Below the pieces are notes generated by a model. The model did not search any database. It was not told the origin of the DNA and saw only the letters and a list, made by a program, of their open reading frames with translations. A stretch of 64,000 bases of DNA from an uncultured Gammaproteobacteria bacterium (GTDB lineage Bacteria; Pseudomonadota; Gammaproteobacteria; Steroidobacterales; JBCBZW01). The translations under genes and the position numbers were made by a program. This document shows positions 17,404-28,721 of the stretch, in pieces. Within the stretch, counting starts at the first letter, position 1. Each line of letters begins with the position of its first letter. Where the stretch lies: positions 1,581 through 65,580 of the forward strand of contig CBDUQI010000006.1 of assembly GCA_965369325.1 (NCBI GenBank), written 5' to 3'.

Positions 17404-18957
17404 TCACTCTGGATCACTCGGTAATCGCAACGCCGATTTGGGATAGCGGTTGTTGGCTTCCAGCGCATTCAAATCCAGGTGATTGCGCATGAAGCGCTCC
17501 GTTGCGGCCTGGTGTGGCTGGTAGTCCCACGCAGCAAACTTACCCTGTCGATTCGCACGATCAACCAGATGTCGGCTGGCCTGGCTACGTTTAACCTCCT
17601 CGGCAAACCGTGTCAGATCCCAGCGTTTTTCCATCTCCAGCACAAACCCCGCGAGGGTTTCCGCAAACGCCTTTTCGCCGGCCAGGTTGTGCAGCTCCAA
17701 CGGATCGGCCTGCAGATCGAACATCTGCGGTGGGTCCGCCGGGCAATGCACAAACTTATACTGCTGGCGACGAATCATCACCAGCGGCGCCACCGAGCCC
17801 TCGGCACAGTACTCGGCGTAAACCGGCCGCGGCGAGGCCGTAGATTTGCTGGTGGCCAGGCCTACCAGGCTGGCACCGTCAATCTCGCAGGCCAGGTGCT
17901 CTGGCGCGGGATCGCCGCCCGCCAGTTCGATCAGTGTGGGCAGCAGATCGTGAGTGGCCACTGGAGTACCCACCCTGCCTGGTGAGAATCGGTTAGGCGC
18001 ACAAATAACCAGTGGCACGCGGCTGGCGTACTCGAAGAAACTCATCTTGTACCAAAGCCCGCGTTCTCCCAGCATGTCGCCATGATCCGAGCACAAGACA
18101 ATACTCGTGCTGTCCGTGAAGTCGCATTTTTGCAGCACATCCAGAATCTCGCCCAGCCGCGCATCCAGATAGCTAATGTTAGCCAAGTAAGCATGACGTG
18201 CTCGACGTACGTGCTCATCGCGTACGTCATAACGGGTGTGGTCCGCCGCATCCATGAGACGTTGCGAATGCGGGTCTTGCGAGGCGTAGGCAATCGCGGG
18301 CACTCGCGGCATCGGAATCTCGGCGTGGTCGTACAGATCCCAATATTGCGGGCGACTCACGTACGGGTCGTGCGGGTGAGTAAAACTCACGCACAGACAA
18401 AAAGGTCGCGGGTCCAACCGACGCGCGTACTGATGCAGTTTAAGTTTGGCTTGATAGGCCACCTCATCATCAAACTCAAGCTGATTGCTGATCTGCGCGA
18501 CACCAGCTTCGGTGACAGAACTCAGGTTGTGATACCACCAATCAATCCGCTCCAGTGGCCGCTCCCAATTGGGTGTCCAGCCGAAGTCGGCCGGGTATAT
18601 ATCGGTGGTAAGACGCTCTTCGAATCCGTGTAACTGGTCCGGCCCCACAAAGTGCATCTTGCCACTCAACGCCGTTTGATACCCCATATCACGCAGGTAG
18701 TGCGCAAAGCTTGGCGTGCTCGCCTGAAACTCAGCGGCATTGTCGTAAATGCCGTTTCTTGACGGCAACTGCCCAGTCATAAAACTGCCGCGCGCCGGCG
18801 TGCACAACGGGCTGGAACTGTAAGCGTTGTCGAACTTGACGCCGCGCTCGATCAGCCGACGCATGTTGGGGATATGCAGATGCTCGATCATACCGTCCCC
18901 CAGCAACGCACCGCTCATCTGATCCACCATAATAATAAGTAGGTTCTCGCGCGACAT
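17404..18957 (-). CDS. betC: Choline-sulfatase
   Basis: Sulfatase motif 'SPLCTPARGSFMTG'; BetC-typical 'GKMHFVGPDQLHGFEERLTTDIYPADFGWTP' and 'FMRNHLDLN.LE'. Confidence 0.92.
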   Translation of the reverse strand: MSRENLLIIMVDQMSGALLGDGMIEHLHIPNMRRLIERGVKFDNAYSSSPLCTPARGSFMTGQLPSRNGIYDNAAEFQASTPSFAHYLRDMGYQTALSGKMHFVGPDQLHGFEERLTTDIYPADFGWTPNWERPLERIDWWYHNLSSVTEAGVAQISNQLEFDDEVAYQAKLKLHQYARRLDPRPFCLCVSFTHPHDPYVSRPQYWDLYDHAEIPMPRVPAIAYASQDPHSQRLMDAADHTRYDVRDEHVRRARHAYLANISYLDARLGEILDVLQKCDFTDSTSIVLCSDHGDMLGERGLWYKMSFFEYASRVPLVICAPNRFSPGRVGTPVATHDLLPTLIELAGGDPAPEHLACEIDGASLVGLATSKSTASPRPVYAEYCAEGSVAPLVMIRRQQYKFVHCPADPPQMFDLQADPLELHNLAGEKAFAETLAGFVLEMEKRWDLTRFAEEVKRSQASRHLVDRANRQGKFAAWDYQPHQAATERFMRNHLDLNALEANNRYPKSALRLPSDPE

Positions 18958-19069
18958 CCGGTTCGCTCCAGCATCAGACACACATCCGCTTACTATCTTA
19001 CGGAGGCAGCGGACAGTCGCCGCCGCCGCGTGGGACACGCGATACTACGCGAGCGACAAGCGAGGGCGT

Positions 19070-19741
19070 TTACTGAAGATAATCATCGCCAAGTTGTGCC
19101 ATTTGTGCGTCGATCCATCGCACACGCTCTAAGACATAAGCCGAGGGCTCGCGTGCAGAGAGCTGCTTGGGGTTGGGCAATACCGCCGCCAGCAAGCATG
19201 CCTGGCGCCGGGAAAGGGCGCGCGGATGTGTTTTGAACAGCATAGGCGCGGCCGCACCCACACCGTAAATCCCCGGGGCAAATTCAGCTATGTTGGCGTA
19301 CACCTCAACAATGCGGTGCTTGGGCCAAAACAGATCTATCCATAGTGCGAACCATGCCTCCAGTGCCTTGCGCACATAACTACGCCCACCCCAGAGGTAA
19401 AGGTTTTTTGCCACCTGCTGGGTGATCGTGCTGGCACCGCGCAAGCGCCCGCCGTGCTCGTCCAACGCACTGGAGATAGCCTGTAGATCGATGCCGTGAT
19501 GCATCGGAAAGCGCTGATCCTCGGCCGCCACAAACGCCAGCGTCACGTGCGGCGCAATCTCCTGCGCATCCACCCACTGGTAGTACGCGCGCTGGCCATC
19601 GCCGGTCTGATGGGCATAGGCCAGCATGAACGCCGATGCGGGCGGATTCACCCACCGTAGCGGTACCACCAGCAGTGCAGTAAGCGCCAACCAGGCCAGC
19701 AGAACAACCAGTACACCCCGAACAAACCGTCGCCACATCAT
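19070..19741 (-). CDS. mtgA: Monofunctional peptidoglycan transglycosylase
   Basis: 'AAEDQRF..HHG.D', 'RGASTITQQVAKNLYLW', 'RKALE' and 'LAAVLPNP'. Confidence 0.93.
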   Translation of the reverse strand: MMWRRFVRGVLVVLLAWLALTALLVVPLRWVNPPASAFMLAYAHQTGDGQRAYYQWVDAQEIAPHVTLAFVAAEDQRFPMHHGIDLQAISSALDEHGGRLRGASTITQQVAKNLYLWGGRSYVRKALEAWFALWIDLFWPKHRIVEVYANIAEFAPGIYGVGAAAPMLFKTHPRALSRRQACLLAAVLPNPKQLSAREPSAYVLERVRWIDAQMAQLGDDYLQ

Positions 19742-21217
19742 CTAGCCTGCGAGAACCAGCGGCACGAGAAAAATCGACACCAGCGATACCACCACGATGC
19801 CGATAAAGTTAATCACCGCGCCCGCACGCGCCATCGCCGGGATGCCAAACTTCTCGGCTCCGTAAACGATGGCGTTGGGCGGGGTCGCGACCGGCAGCAT
19901 GAACGCACAACTAGCAGCCAAGGCCACCGGCACCGCCAGAATCATCGGGTCAAACCCCAGTTGTAGAGCGATAGAGGCGACCACGGGCAAAAACGTGGCA
20001 GTGGTCGCTAGATTGCTGGTGAGTTCAGTCAATAAAATGATCAACGCTGCTGTAACGACCACCAGCACGCCAAGACCAACCGCGCTCAGCCCGCCAAGCC
20101 CGCTACCGATCGCCGCCGCCAGGCCCGAGCCGCTCACGGCCGCCGCTAGTGACAACCCCCCGCCGAACAAAATCAGAATGCCCCAGGGCAATCCACGCGC
20201 CGTATCCCAGTCAAGCAGGCGTTCGCCACTCGGGTTGCCTGCAGGTATCACAAACAGGCTGATCGCAGCGGCGATGGCGATACCGGCATCCGACAGGCCC
20301 TGCAGGGCCGGCAGGTTGTCGAGCTGCGGGCGCAGCATCCAACTCAGCGCTGTCAGCACAAACACCAGGCTCAAACGTTTCTCAGCGCTGGACATGCCAC
20401 CCAGCTCGCCCAGCATCTTCGACAACAACTGGCGGGTGCTCGCGCCGGTAGTGATCTCCACCGGGTACACAATGCGGGTAAGCGCCAACCATGCTAGTGG
20501 CAGCATCATCAGTGATACCGGCAAGCCCACCATCATCCAGCGACCGAAGCCAATTTCCACGCCGTAGCTCTCTTCCATGAACCCCGCGAGCAGCGTATTG
20601 GGCGGCGTGCCCACCAGCGTTGCCATACCACCGATAGTCGCCGCGTAGGCAATACCCAGCAGCAGCGCTGTCTGAAAATTCCACCGCGTGCGGGCAGGCA
20701 CATCAGATACGGCGACATCTACCATGGCGATAATGGCAAGACCAATCGGCAACAACATCATGGTGGTCGCGGTGTTGGTCACCCACATGCTGAGCAACGC
20801 AGCCGCCAACATGAAGCCGCCCACCAGCGCACGTCCGTCGGACCCGACTTTGAGCAAAACGTTTAACGCAATGCGTTTATGCAAACCCCACTTCTCGATT
20901 GCACGAGCCAGCATAAAGCCGCCCAGGAACAGAAAAATGGTCGGGTGTCCGTAAGGCGCCGTGGCTTCACGCACAGGCGCCACGCTCAGCATCGGAAACA
21001 ACACCACCGGCAACAACGCTGTCACCGCGACCGGCAGCGCCTCGGTCATCCACCATATCGCCATCCAGGCCGCCGCGGCAGCCGCACGCCACGCCACCGG
21101 ATCCATCCCTGCAGGGGGTCCCAGTGCCAGCATCAGGGCGCCCACCACCGGCCCGGCAATCAACCCGCCGCGGCGCCAGCCGGTGGCAACTGCCACGCCC
21201 TTATCAGACGCACTCAT
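19742..21217 (-). CDS. DASS/SLC13 family sodium:dicarboxylate/sulfate symporter
   Basis: 'LSMWVTNTAT', 'GGMATLVGTPPN', 'TELTSNLAT' and 'AFMLPVATPPNAIV'. Confidence 0.92.
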   Translation of the reverse strand: MSASDKGVAVATGWRRGGLIAGPVVGALMLALGPPAGMDPVAWRAAAAAAWMAIWWMTEALPVAVTALLPVVLFPMLSVAPVREATAPYGHPTIFLFLGGFMLARAIEKWGLHKRIALNVLLKVGSDGRALVGGFMLAAALLSMWVTNTATTMMLLPIGLAIIAMVDVAVSDVPARTRWNFQTALLLGIAYAATIGGMATLVGTPPNTLLAGFMEESYGVEIGFGRWMMVGLPVSLMMLPLAWLALTRIVYPVEITTGASTRQLLSKMLGELGGMSSAEKRLSLVFVLTALSWMLRPQLDNLPALQGLSDAGIAIAAAISLFVIPAGNPSGERLLDWDTARGLPWGILILFGGGLSLAAAVSGSGLAAAIGSGLGGLSAVGLGVLVVVTAALIILLTELTSNLATTATFLPVVASIALQLGFDPMILAVPVALAASCAFMLPVATPPNAIVYGAEKFGIPAMARAGAVINFIGIVVVSLVSIFLVPLVLAG

Positions 21218-21921
21218 ACATCGCCGCCGTCAAGGCTGGCAATGGCCTGCTCGGGCACGTCGGTGTAAACGCCATCCACCCCCAGCGCCTGGCATTGCGC
21301 GAGGTCATGCGGATCGTTCACCGTGTACACCAGCACTTTCAGTCCTTGTCCGTGCGCGGCCTGGATCAAAGTCGGTGACAGTTGCTGCAACGAGAGATTT
21401 AGCGACCACGCGCCCAGCGACCGCGCATACACCACCAGATCATCGCTCACCTCCCCGGTCAGCAGACCAAACAGACATCCTGGTGGCTGCTCGCGCGCCA
21501 GCTGCTTATGAATCGAGGATTCAAATGATGAAAGCATCAACCGACCGGACCATGCCGGGTTGGTTTGCAGTGCCGTGGTGACCGCTGCCAGCACCGGCCG
21601 CGCCGAGGCAGTGTCTTTGAGTTCAATGTTCAATCCTGCACGGGCATCGATCTGTGCCAGCACCTCATCCAGTAACGGTATCGGCTCACCACCACCTGCA
21701 TCCAGCGCGCGCAGGGCTGCCAGCGAGTGCGTGTAAACGCAGCCGCGACCATTGGTGGTGCGCTCCAGCGTGTCGTCGTGGATGACGAGGAGATGCCCAT
21801 CCACCCAGCGCACATCAATCTCGATTGCGCGTACGCCCATCTGCATGGCGGCACCGATCGCCGCCAGTGTGTTTTCCGAGTAGACCCCGTCGCGACATCC
21901 GCGATGGCCGATGACGATCAT
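21214..21921 (-). CDS. Glycerophosphodiester phosphodiesterase
   Basis: 'IGHRG', 'ENTL', 'IEIDV', 'HDDTLERTTNG', 'NIELK', 'YTVND' and 'GVDGVYTD'. Confidence 0.92.
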   Translation of the reverse strand: MIVIGHRGCRDGVYSENTLAAIGAAMQMGVRAIEIDVRWVDGHLLVIHDDTLERTTNGRGCVYTHSLAALRALDAGGGEPIPLLDEVLAQIDARAGLNIELKDTASARPVLAAVTTALQTNPAWSGRLMLSSFESSIHKQLAREQPPGCLFGLLTGEVSDDLVVYARSLGAWSLNLSLQQLSPTLIQAAHGQGLKVLVYTVNDPHDLAQCQALGVDGVYTDVPEQAIASLDGGDV

Positions 21922-22249
21922 TCAAACTCCTTCGCAGGTCGCAACTCAAACGGCCGCGCAACGCGTTCTTATCCCGTTCTTGCACAACGGTGCGCTTTCG
22001 CGCTGAGGTGGATTATTCACCAATCGCCGGGCAGGTGCTAGCATCGCCCGCAGCGAGCGCGCGTGAGGTTGCTCCAGCGCCCATCAATTGGCCTAATACG
22101 GGCTGCCAAAGCGCGCGCAACACTTTAGCGACTGCACTCGCTACGTAAGCTGCTCTTTGCAGGCCCAGACAACACCGACAAACCGGCGTCCATGCAGTAC
22201 CATTGGCATGCGCCAGCCCGCCCATTACATCAGCCAGGCATAAAAACGC

Positions 22250-23641
22250 ATGCGCTCTCCCGATACCAGCCAGCTCGACGCCTCCCGTGTGGTCTATGAA
22301 GTCCGCCTGGAGCTGCACGATGCGGCACCCGAATTACTGGATGAGTTCACCCACTGGCTAAGTGGGCATATCGGCGAGATGACTGCCTTGCCGGGGTTTG
22401 TAGACGGCCGCCTATTGAGTGAACAATCGCTTGATGAGCGCATCGCGCCCTCCCCGACTGGCACCGCACCTGAATGGGCCCGAGACGTGTTTGTGGTGCA
22501 CTACACACTGCACGATCGTGCCGCACTTGATGCCTACTTTTCCGACCATGCCGAGCGTATGCAGCGCTCGGGCCGCGAGCGCTTCGGCGACAGCCTGAGC
22601 GCCACCCGCCGCGTTCTTGCATCACCCACCGATGCGCTCGCACCTGTCGCCGATGCGCACTCCCTTGTGTGCAAAAACTGCTCGCGCCCGTTGCTGGGGC
22701 AGTACTGCCGCGCCTGCGGACAGCGCGACACCCACAAGATGATCTCGTTGTGGCAGTTGATTCGCGAGTTTCTGGGCGATGCGTTCGAACTGGATTCGCG
22801 CTTCTGGCGCACCGTAATCCCGCTGCTTACCCGCCCGGGGCACCTTACAGGTGAGTATCTGCGCGGACGCCGCGTACATTACATGCCACCGCTGCGCATG
22901 TATCTGGTCATTACTCTCGCACTGTTTTTCATGATCGCCACGGTGCCAGGTCTGTACGACGTGTTCGTGCTGCAAAACACCGGCGGCGGTGTGAGCCTGA
23001 ACGTTGATCTGGATGGCGACTCGCAGGACGAATCGGCCAGCGACAGTCCCGCTGAGGCGCCGCAACCGAGCGAGGATGGCAGCGACGATACCCAGGAAGA
23101 CAGCGACGACTTTGACATCGAGGATTGCGAGGAGTTGGAGCTGGAGATCGGGCTATCTAACGAGCAATGGAGCCGGGCGATCGAGGAGCGCATCGTTAAT
23201 GCGTGCCGACAACTGGCTATTAACGGGACGGCAGGGCTCGGGCGTGATCTGATGGGCAATGTGCCCACCATGATGTTTTTCTTTCTGCCATTAATCGCAT
23301 TGGTGATGAAACTGCTGTATGCATTCTCACGCCGCTACTACGTTGAGCACCTGTTGTTTCTGGTGCACTTTCATTCGTTTGCATTTTTGCTGATCGCCCT
23401 AACACTGCTGCTTGAGCAATTGGGCGGCAAGGTAGCGGCGCTGTCGGGCCCGATCGAGTGGTTGTCTATCGGTGTCACGCTATATTTCCCATTTTATCTG
23501 TATCGCTCCATGCGCGTTGTGTACGGGCAAGGTCGCGCAGCCACACTGGGCAAGTTCGCATTGCTGGCGCTGGCCTATCTCATTGGTCTGTCCCTCACTT
23601 TCCTGATCGCCACGGCGCTCACAGTACTCGCACGCACCTGA
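22250..23641 (+). CDS. DUF4286-like N-terminal domain fused to DUF3667 zinc-ribbon membrane protein
   Basis: N-terminal 'YEV...F..WL..HI.EM..LPGF...Y...H..RM...G..RFG'; then 'CKNC...GQYCRACGQ', 'RPG.LT.EY..GRR..Y.PPLRMY' and TM helices with 'YYVEHL.F..HFHSF'. Confidence 0.7.
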   Translation: MRSPDTSQLDASRVVYEVRLELHDAAPELLDEFTHWLSGHIGEMTALPGFVDGRLLSEQSLDERIAPSPTGTAPEWARDVFVVHYTLHDRAALDAYFSDHAERMQRSGRERFGDSLSATRRVLASPTDALAPVADAHSLVCKNCSRPLLGQYCRACGQRDTHKMISLWQLIREFLGDAFELDSRFWRTVIPLLTRPGHLTGEYLRGRRVHYMPPLRMYLVITLALFFMIATVPGLYDVFVLQNTGGGVSLNVDLDGDSQDESASDSPAEAPQPSEDGSDDTQEDSDDFDIEDCEELELEIGLSNEQWSRAIEERIVNACRQLAINGTAGLGRDLMGNVPTMMFFFLPLIALVMKLLYAFSRRYYVEHLLFLVHFHSFAFLLIALTLLLEQLGGKVAALSGPIEWLSIGVTLYFPFYLYRSMRVVYGQGRAATLGKFALLALAYLIGLSLTFLIATALTVLART

Positions 23642-23759
23642 CACTTTGGAGCCCGGCATCGACTGGTGGGCGCTGGCGTCACGCTGACAACGCCCCGAGT
23701 AGATGCTAAGTTAGCCTTTGAATCCTCCATCTGCCCACGAACCGCGAAGGTGACTTAAC

Positions 23760-25574
23760 ATGCAACGGACCGCCCCCCAGAGACACCCATTGACAGCACT
23801 CACTGTTACCAGCGTCGCGGCGCTGGCAATCGCGGGCGCCACGCAGGCCCACGCTGGCGATGAGCCTGTTATGGCCTTCCAGGACATCACCACAGATGTG
23901 ATCGGCGTTGCCAACACGCTCACCGAATCGCTTGCCTGGGGCGATTACGACAACGATGGTGATGAGGATCTGTATCTGACCAACGACGGTGTTAACCGCC
24001 TGTTGCGCAACGACGGCAACGATGTGTTCACCGATGTCACCAGCGCGACCGGCGTCGGCGATGCCGGCTGGGGCGTTGGCACCGCGTTTGCCGACCTGGA
24101 CAATGATGGTGACCTGGATCTTTATGTGGTGAACTTCGACGGCAATCGGCTCGACAATCTGTTCCGCAACGACGGCCCGCAGGGCTTAGGCGGTGAGTAC
24201 GTGTTTACCGACATCGCCGCGCTCGCCGGCATTACCGACGCCGCCAGCAGCCGGGGCATGGCGATGGTGGACTTTGATCGTGACGGATTGCTGGATATCT
24301 ACGTCAACGCCATCGGCAACGACATTCTGTATCACAACCTGGGTGGGTTGAACTTTGAGAACGTCGCCAGCGAGCTTGGCGTTGTGGGCGCGGGTGGCCA
24401 GGGTGTGGGCATCGTGGCTACCGACGTTAACAACGACGGAAAAATCGATTTGTACAACGGTAACCGCAGCAGCGATCTGAGCAATCTTTTCATGAACACC
24501 GGCGACAGCTTTGTCGACACCGCCGAGGATGCCGGGTTGCTCTCATTGGGCCTGGGGATGGGTGTACATTCGTTCGATTTTGATAACGATCTGGATTTTG
24601 ACCTGTACTGGACCGTGTGGCCGCGAAATGGCGAAGGCATGGCCAACGCGCTGTACGAGAATCTCGGCGGCGGGCTGTACCAGGATGTCGCTGCCGCCAC
24701 TGGCACCGAAGACCCACTCGGCTTCGGCATCAGCAACAACGCTGGCGACATCAATAACGACGGCTGGATGGACTTTTTTGTAACCAACGGCTTCGACAAC
24801 AGCACCGACCCCAACGCGTTATTCCTCAACCTGCAGGGCAATACATTTGACAATGTGACCGACCTGATTGGCGGGGGCGACTTCGACGGGCGCGGGGTCG
24901 CGTTTGCCGATTACGACAATGACGGCGATCTGGATTTTTGCGTCACCGGCGACGTGCCCGATCAAACCCGTTTATGGCGGAACGATTCAGACACCGGTAA
25001 CCATTCAATCACCCTCAAACTGGTGGGCCAGACCAGCAATCGCAGCGCCATTGGCGCGCGCGTGAAGGTTACCGCCGAGGGCATGACGACGGTGCAGGAG
25101 GTGAGTGGTGGCGCGGGCCGTGGCTCCTTTAACAGCCTGCCGCTAGAGTTTGGTCTGGGCGAAGCCATTACCGTGCAATCGGTGAGCATTCGCTGGCCGA
25201 GTGGCATCTACCAGGTGCTCGAAGGACTGGCGGTCGATACCTTGCATGAGATCAGCGAATCGAACGTGACCACCTGCAACAACGTGAATGACGGTGACAG
25301 CGATGGGATCGGCGACCTGTGCGACAACTGTACCGCGATCGCAAACGGCGACCAGTTAGACACCGATGGCGACGGCTTTGGCAATGTGTGCGATGCCGAT
25401 CTGGATAACAATGGCAATGTCGACTTTATGGATCTGTTTGTGTTTAAAGAGCTGATCTTTGAAGGGCCCGGCATCGGCGACCTGAACGGCGATGGCAAGA
25501 CGGATTTTGAAGATTTCGCGGCACTGAAAATCGCCTTCTTTAACCCACCGGGCCCCTCCGCTATCGTCCCATAG
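23760..25574 (+). CDS. Secreted CRTAC1/ASPIC-UnbV protein (FG-GAP repeats) with TSP3 + dockerin-like tail
   Basis: Signal peptide; repeated 'DYDNDGD.DL' units; ASPIC 'SNRSAIGARVKV...FGLG...IRWPSG'; tail 'DGDSDGIGDLCDNC...CDADLDNNG.VDF.D...DLNGDG..DF.D...PGPS'. Confidence 0.85.
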   Translation: MQRTAPQRHPLTALTVTSVAALAIAGATQAHAGDEPVMAFQDITTDVIGVANTLTESLAWGDYDNDGDEDLYLTNDGVNRLLRNDGNDVFTDVTSATGVGDAGWGVGTAFADLDNDGDLDLYVVNFDGNRLDNLFRNDGPQGLGGEYVFTDIAALAGITDAASSRGMAMVDFDRDGLLDIYVNAIGNDILYHNLGGLNFENVASELGVVGAGGQGVGIVATDVNNDGKIDLYNGNRSSDLSNLFMNTGDSFVDTAEDAGLLSLGLGMGVHSFDFDNDLDFDLYWTVWPRNGEGMANALYENLGGGLYQDVAAATGTEDPLGFGISNNAGDINNDGWMDFFVTNGFDNSTDPNALFLNLQGNTFDNVTDLIGGGDFDGRGVAFADYDNDGDLDFCVTGDVPDQTRLWRNDSDTGNHSITLKLVGQTSNRSAIGARVKVTAEGMTTVQEVSGGAGRGSFNSLPLEFGLGEAITVQSVSIRWPSGIYQVLEGLAVDTLHEISESNVTTCNNVNDGDSDGIGDLCDNCTAIANGDQLDTDGDGFGNVCDADLDNNGNVDFMDLFVFKELIFEGPGIGDLNGDGKTDFEDFAALKIAFFNPPGPSAIVP

Positions 25575-25631
25575 TTCTGCCTCCAGGGGCGGTGCGTACC
25601 CGCGTATCGCCCCAACCCCGATCGCGACGGC

Positions 25632-27167
25632 TCAGTCGCGCGCGTCGATGTACGGGCCCACATACTCGCCAAACCGGCCCTCGGCGATCAACCTGGCCAC
25701 AGCCTCCAAATCCGGCTGGAAATACCGGTCCTGCTTCCACATCGCCGCCACTCGACGCACCTGCCGATGTGCGTTCTCGATGGTCTTGTTAGAGGTTAGC
25801 GGGCGACGTAAATCGATACTTTGCGCGGCCGCCAGCATTTCTACCGCCAGCACATAGCGTGTGTTGTCATTCATGTCTCCCAGACGACGGGCAGCAAAGG
25901 TGGCCATTGATACGTGGTCTTCCTGATTCGCGGAGGTCGGCAGGCTGTCGACGCTGGCCGGATGCGCCAGTGATTTGTTCTCGCTGGCCAGCGCCGCCGC
26001 CGTCACCTGGGCGAGCATAAAGCCAGAGTTAAGGCCAGCGTCTTCCACCAGAAACGGCGGCAACTGGCTAAGACTGCAATCGATCAGCAACGCCATACGT
26101 CGCTCAGACAACGCCCCTATCTCAGCGATGGCCAAGGCCAGATTGTCGGCGGCCATCGCCACTGGTTCGGCGTGGAAATTACCACCAGACAAAATGACGC
26201 CGCGCTCGGCCAGCACCAACGGATTATCGGACACCGCGTTCGCCTCAAACTCCAGACATTGGCCCACCTGACGCATCTGCTGCAAACAAGCGCCCATCAC
26301 CTGCGGCTGGCAGCGCAGCGAGTATGGGTCCTGCACGCGGTTGCAGTGCAGGTGCGAGTCGCCAATCTCGCTGGGGCTCAACAACTGCCGATACAGGCGC
26401 GCGGCTTCAATCTGCCCGGGCTGCCCGCGCAACGCGCTTATTTGCTCGTCAAACGGCACGCGACTGCCAAGCGCGGCCTCCACGGTCATGCTGCCACCAA
26501 CAAACGCCGCGTTGGCGTTGCGCTGGGCATCGAACAGTCCTTTGAGTGCAAGCGCGGTGGATACCTGCGTGCCGTTCAACAGTGCAAGGCCGTCTTTGGC
26601 CTTTAACCCGGCGGGGCTCAACCCTACACTGGCCAGCCCGTCAGCCGCATCGATCAGCTTTCCGCGGATGCGTACCTGGCCTTCGCCAATAATTGGCAGG
26701 CTCATGTGCGCGAGCGGGGCCAGATCGCCCGACGCGCCGACTGATCCTTTCGACGGAATGGCCGGGTAGACCTGCGCGTTCAGCATGTCGATTAAGAAGC
26801 GGATTACCTCCTCACGCACGCCGGAGTATCCACGCGCCAGCGCGTTGATCTTCATCGTTAGAATCAGACGCACCGTGTTGTCATCCAACAGCGCACCGAC
26901 GCCGGCGGCGTGCGACAGGATGAGGTTGCGCTGCAACTGGCCCAACTGCACCTCATCGATACGTGCCTGCGCTAAGCGGCCGAACCCGGTGTTCACACCG
27001 TAGGCTACCTCATCGTTTCGGATCACCGCATTCACCGTCTCGCGGCTTTCGCGCACCGCCGGCCATGCACTGTCCTGCAGGCGCAGGTGTGTCTCTCGAT
27101 AGAAGATGTTGCGTAAATCCGCTAACCGTAACGTCCCCGGGGTTAACGCATATTCCCATTTGTTCAT
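25632..27167 (-). CDS. hutH: Histidine ammonia-lyase
   Basis: 'YGVNTGFG', MIO-forming '[12 protein letters not shown]', 'VQDPYSLRC', 'GGNFH' and '[10 protein letters not shown]'. Confidence 0.96.
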   Translation of the reverse strand: MNKWEYALTPGTLRLADLRNIFYRETHLRLQDSAWPAVRESRETVNAVIRNDEVAYGVNTGFGRLAQARIDEVQLGQLQRNLILSHAAGVGALLDDNTVRLILTMKINALARGYSGVREEVIRFLIDMLNAQVYPAIPSKGSVGASGDLAPLAHMSLPIIGEGQVRIRGKLIDAADGLASVGLSPAGLKAKDGLALLNGTQVSTALALKGLFDAQRNANAAFVGGSMTVEAALGSRVPFDEQISALRGQPGQIEAARLYRQLLSPSEIGDSHLHCNRVQDPYSLRCQPQVMGACLQQMRQVGQCLEFEANAVSDNPLVLAERGVILSGGNFHAEPVAMAADNLALAIAEIGALSERRMALLIDCSLSQLPPFLVEDAGLNSGFMLAQVTAAALASENKSLAHPASVDSLPTSANQEDHVSMATFAARRLGDMNDNTRYVLAVEMLAAAQSIDLRRPLTSNKTIENAHRQVRRVAAMWKQDRYFQPDLEAVARLIAEGRFGEYVGPYIDARD

Positions 27168-27174
27168 GTAGTTC

Positions 27175-28590
27175 TTACTCCGACAACTCGTCGATTGCCC
27201 GCTTAAACTGTGTCGCGATAGCCTGTTCGTTCACGTGCTCGCCGCCTTCGACCCAGCATCGGCCCGCCACGTAAACATCACGCACCGGATTGCCGAGCCC
27301 CGAGAATATCCAGCTGTCCAGCAGCGCATCGCCGCGCCGTCCGTACAACTGCGGGTGCTCGATATCCAGCACCACAATGTCCGCCCGCTGCCCAGGGGCG
27401 AGCACACCAGCGTTTTGCGCACACGCCTGCGCACCACCGAGCACGGCCTGATCGAACAAGGCTCGGCCGGTGCTGCCCCCGCCAACAGGCGCCAGCAAAT
27501 TGCGTTGCTGGCGGGTGAGGCGCTGCGCGTACTCCAGCCAGCGCAACTCCTCCACCGGGCTCACGCTAATGTGGCTATCTGAACCAATGCCGATGCGCCC
27601 GCCGTGCGCCAGGTACTCACGGGCGGCGAAGATGCCGTCACCCAGGTTTGCCTCCGTGGTGGGGCACAGGCCAATCACTGCGCCAGTGGCCGCTGCCGCT
27701 TTGGATTCTTCCGGGCTCATATGGGTGGCGTGAATCAGGCACCAGCGCGCGTCTACCGGTTGGCTGTTCAGCAACCACTGCACCGGACGCTGGCCGTGTG
27801 TCGCCACGCAGTCCTGCACCTCAATCTGTTGTTCTGCGATATGGATGTGCACGGGGCAGTCCGCCAGCCCTGGCTGGGTTTGCACCGCCGCCAGCACCGT
27901 GCTTAGCAAAGGGCCGTCCACCGCTCGCAACGAATGCGGCGCGATACCCAGCGTGGTATGCGCATCCTGCGCCACTTCGCCGGCCAGCATCTCCAGCAAG
28001 CGCAGATACGCCTCCGGCTCGTGGATAAACCGTCGCTGCCGCGCACCGGGCGCCGCAGCACCAAAGCCACCGTAGGCATACAGCACCGGCAGCAGCGTCA
28101 TCGCGATGCCGCTTTCGCGCGCCGCCGCCATCGCTCGCAGTGACATCTGCGCCGGGTTTTCGTACGGCTGCCCATCTGGTGCGTGGTGCAGATACTGAAA
28201 CTCACCGACGCAGGTGTATCCGGCCTTCAGCATTTCGACATAAAGCTGGGCGGCGACCGCCTGCATCTGATGCGGCTGCAGCTTGCCCACGTGCTGATAC
28301 ATACGTTCGCGCCAACTCCAAAAACTGTCGCGGCTGGTGCCGGCACGCTCGGCCAGCCCGGCCATCGCGCGCTGATGCGCGTGCGAATGCAGGTTGGGTA
28401 TCCCAGGCACGGCGCAGCCGCTGACGCGGGTTGTTTTCAGCCCGGCAAGGCTGTGGGTAAGCGCGGTCCCATCGGTCGCGACTTCGGTTATGTGCCCATT
28501 GGCGCTGATGCCCAGCCGCACATCACTGGCCCACGTCGGGCCCAGCAGGGCCTGCTCAAAGTGCAACGCAAATTCGGTTTGTTCGCTCAT
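27175..28590 (-). CDS. hutF: Formimidoylglutamate deiminase
   Basis: '[13 protein letters not shown]', 'FWSWRE.MY', 'APHSLRAV', 'HIHIAEQ', '[11 protein letters not shown]' and 'GSDSH'; lies in the hut cluster. Confidence 0.93.
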   Translation of the reverse strand: MSEQTEFALHFEQALLGPTWASDVRLGISANGHITEVATDGTALTHSLAGLKTTRVSGCAVPGIPNLHSHAHQRAMAGLAERAGTSRDSFWSWRERMYQHVGKLQPHQMQAVAAQLYVEMLKAGYTCVGEFQYLHHAPDGQPYENPAQMSLRAMAAARESGIAMTLLPVLYAYGGFGAAAPGARQRRFIHEPEAYLRLLEMLAGEVAQDAHTTLGIAPHSLRAVDGPLLSTVLAAVQTQPGLADCPVHIHIAEQQIEVQDCVATHGQRPVQWLLNSQPVDARWCLIHATHMSPEESKAAAATGAVIGLCPTTEANLGDGIFAAREYLAHGGRIGIGSDSHISVSPVEELRWLEYAQRLTRQQRNLLAPVGGGSTGRALFDQAVLGGAQACAQNAGVLAPGQRADIVVLDIEHPQLYGRRGDALLDSWIFSGLGNPVRDVYVAGRCWVEGGEHVNEQAIATQFKRAIDELSE

Positions 28591-28693
28591 CTAAGTGTTC
28601 CAGGGCCAACACATTATTGTTCGCTCGACAGGGCCTGCGCGAGGGGCGCACTCACTTGACGCCGCCGTCCTACCTGTTACAGTGCGCACTGTA

Positions 28694-28707
28694 CTTGTCT
28701 ATACATG
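28694..28707. promoter_or_regulatory. HutC operator
   Basis: CTTGTCTATACATG (reverse complement CATGTATAGACAAG) resembles the enteric/pseudomonad hut operator and lies between divergent hutF and hutI. Confidence 0.75.
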
Positions 28708-28721
28708 TCTGCGCAAGCAAA

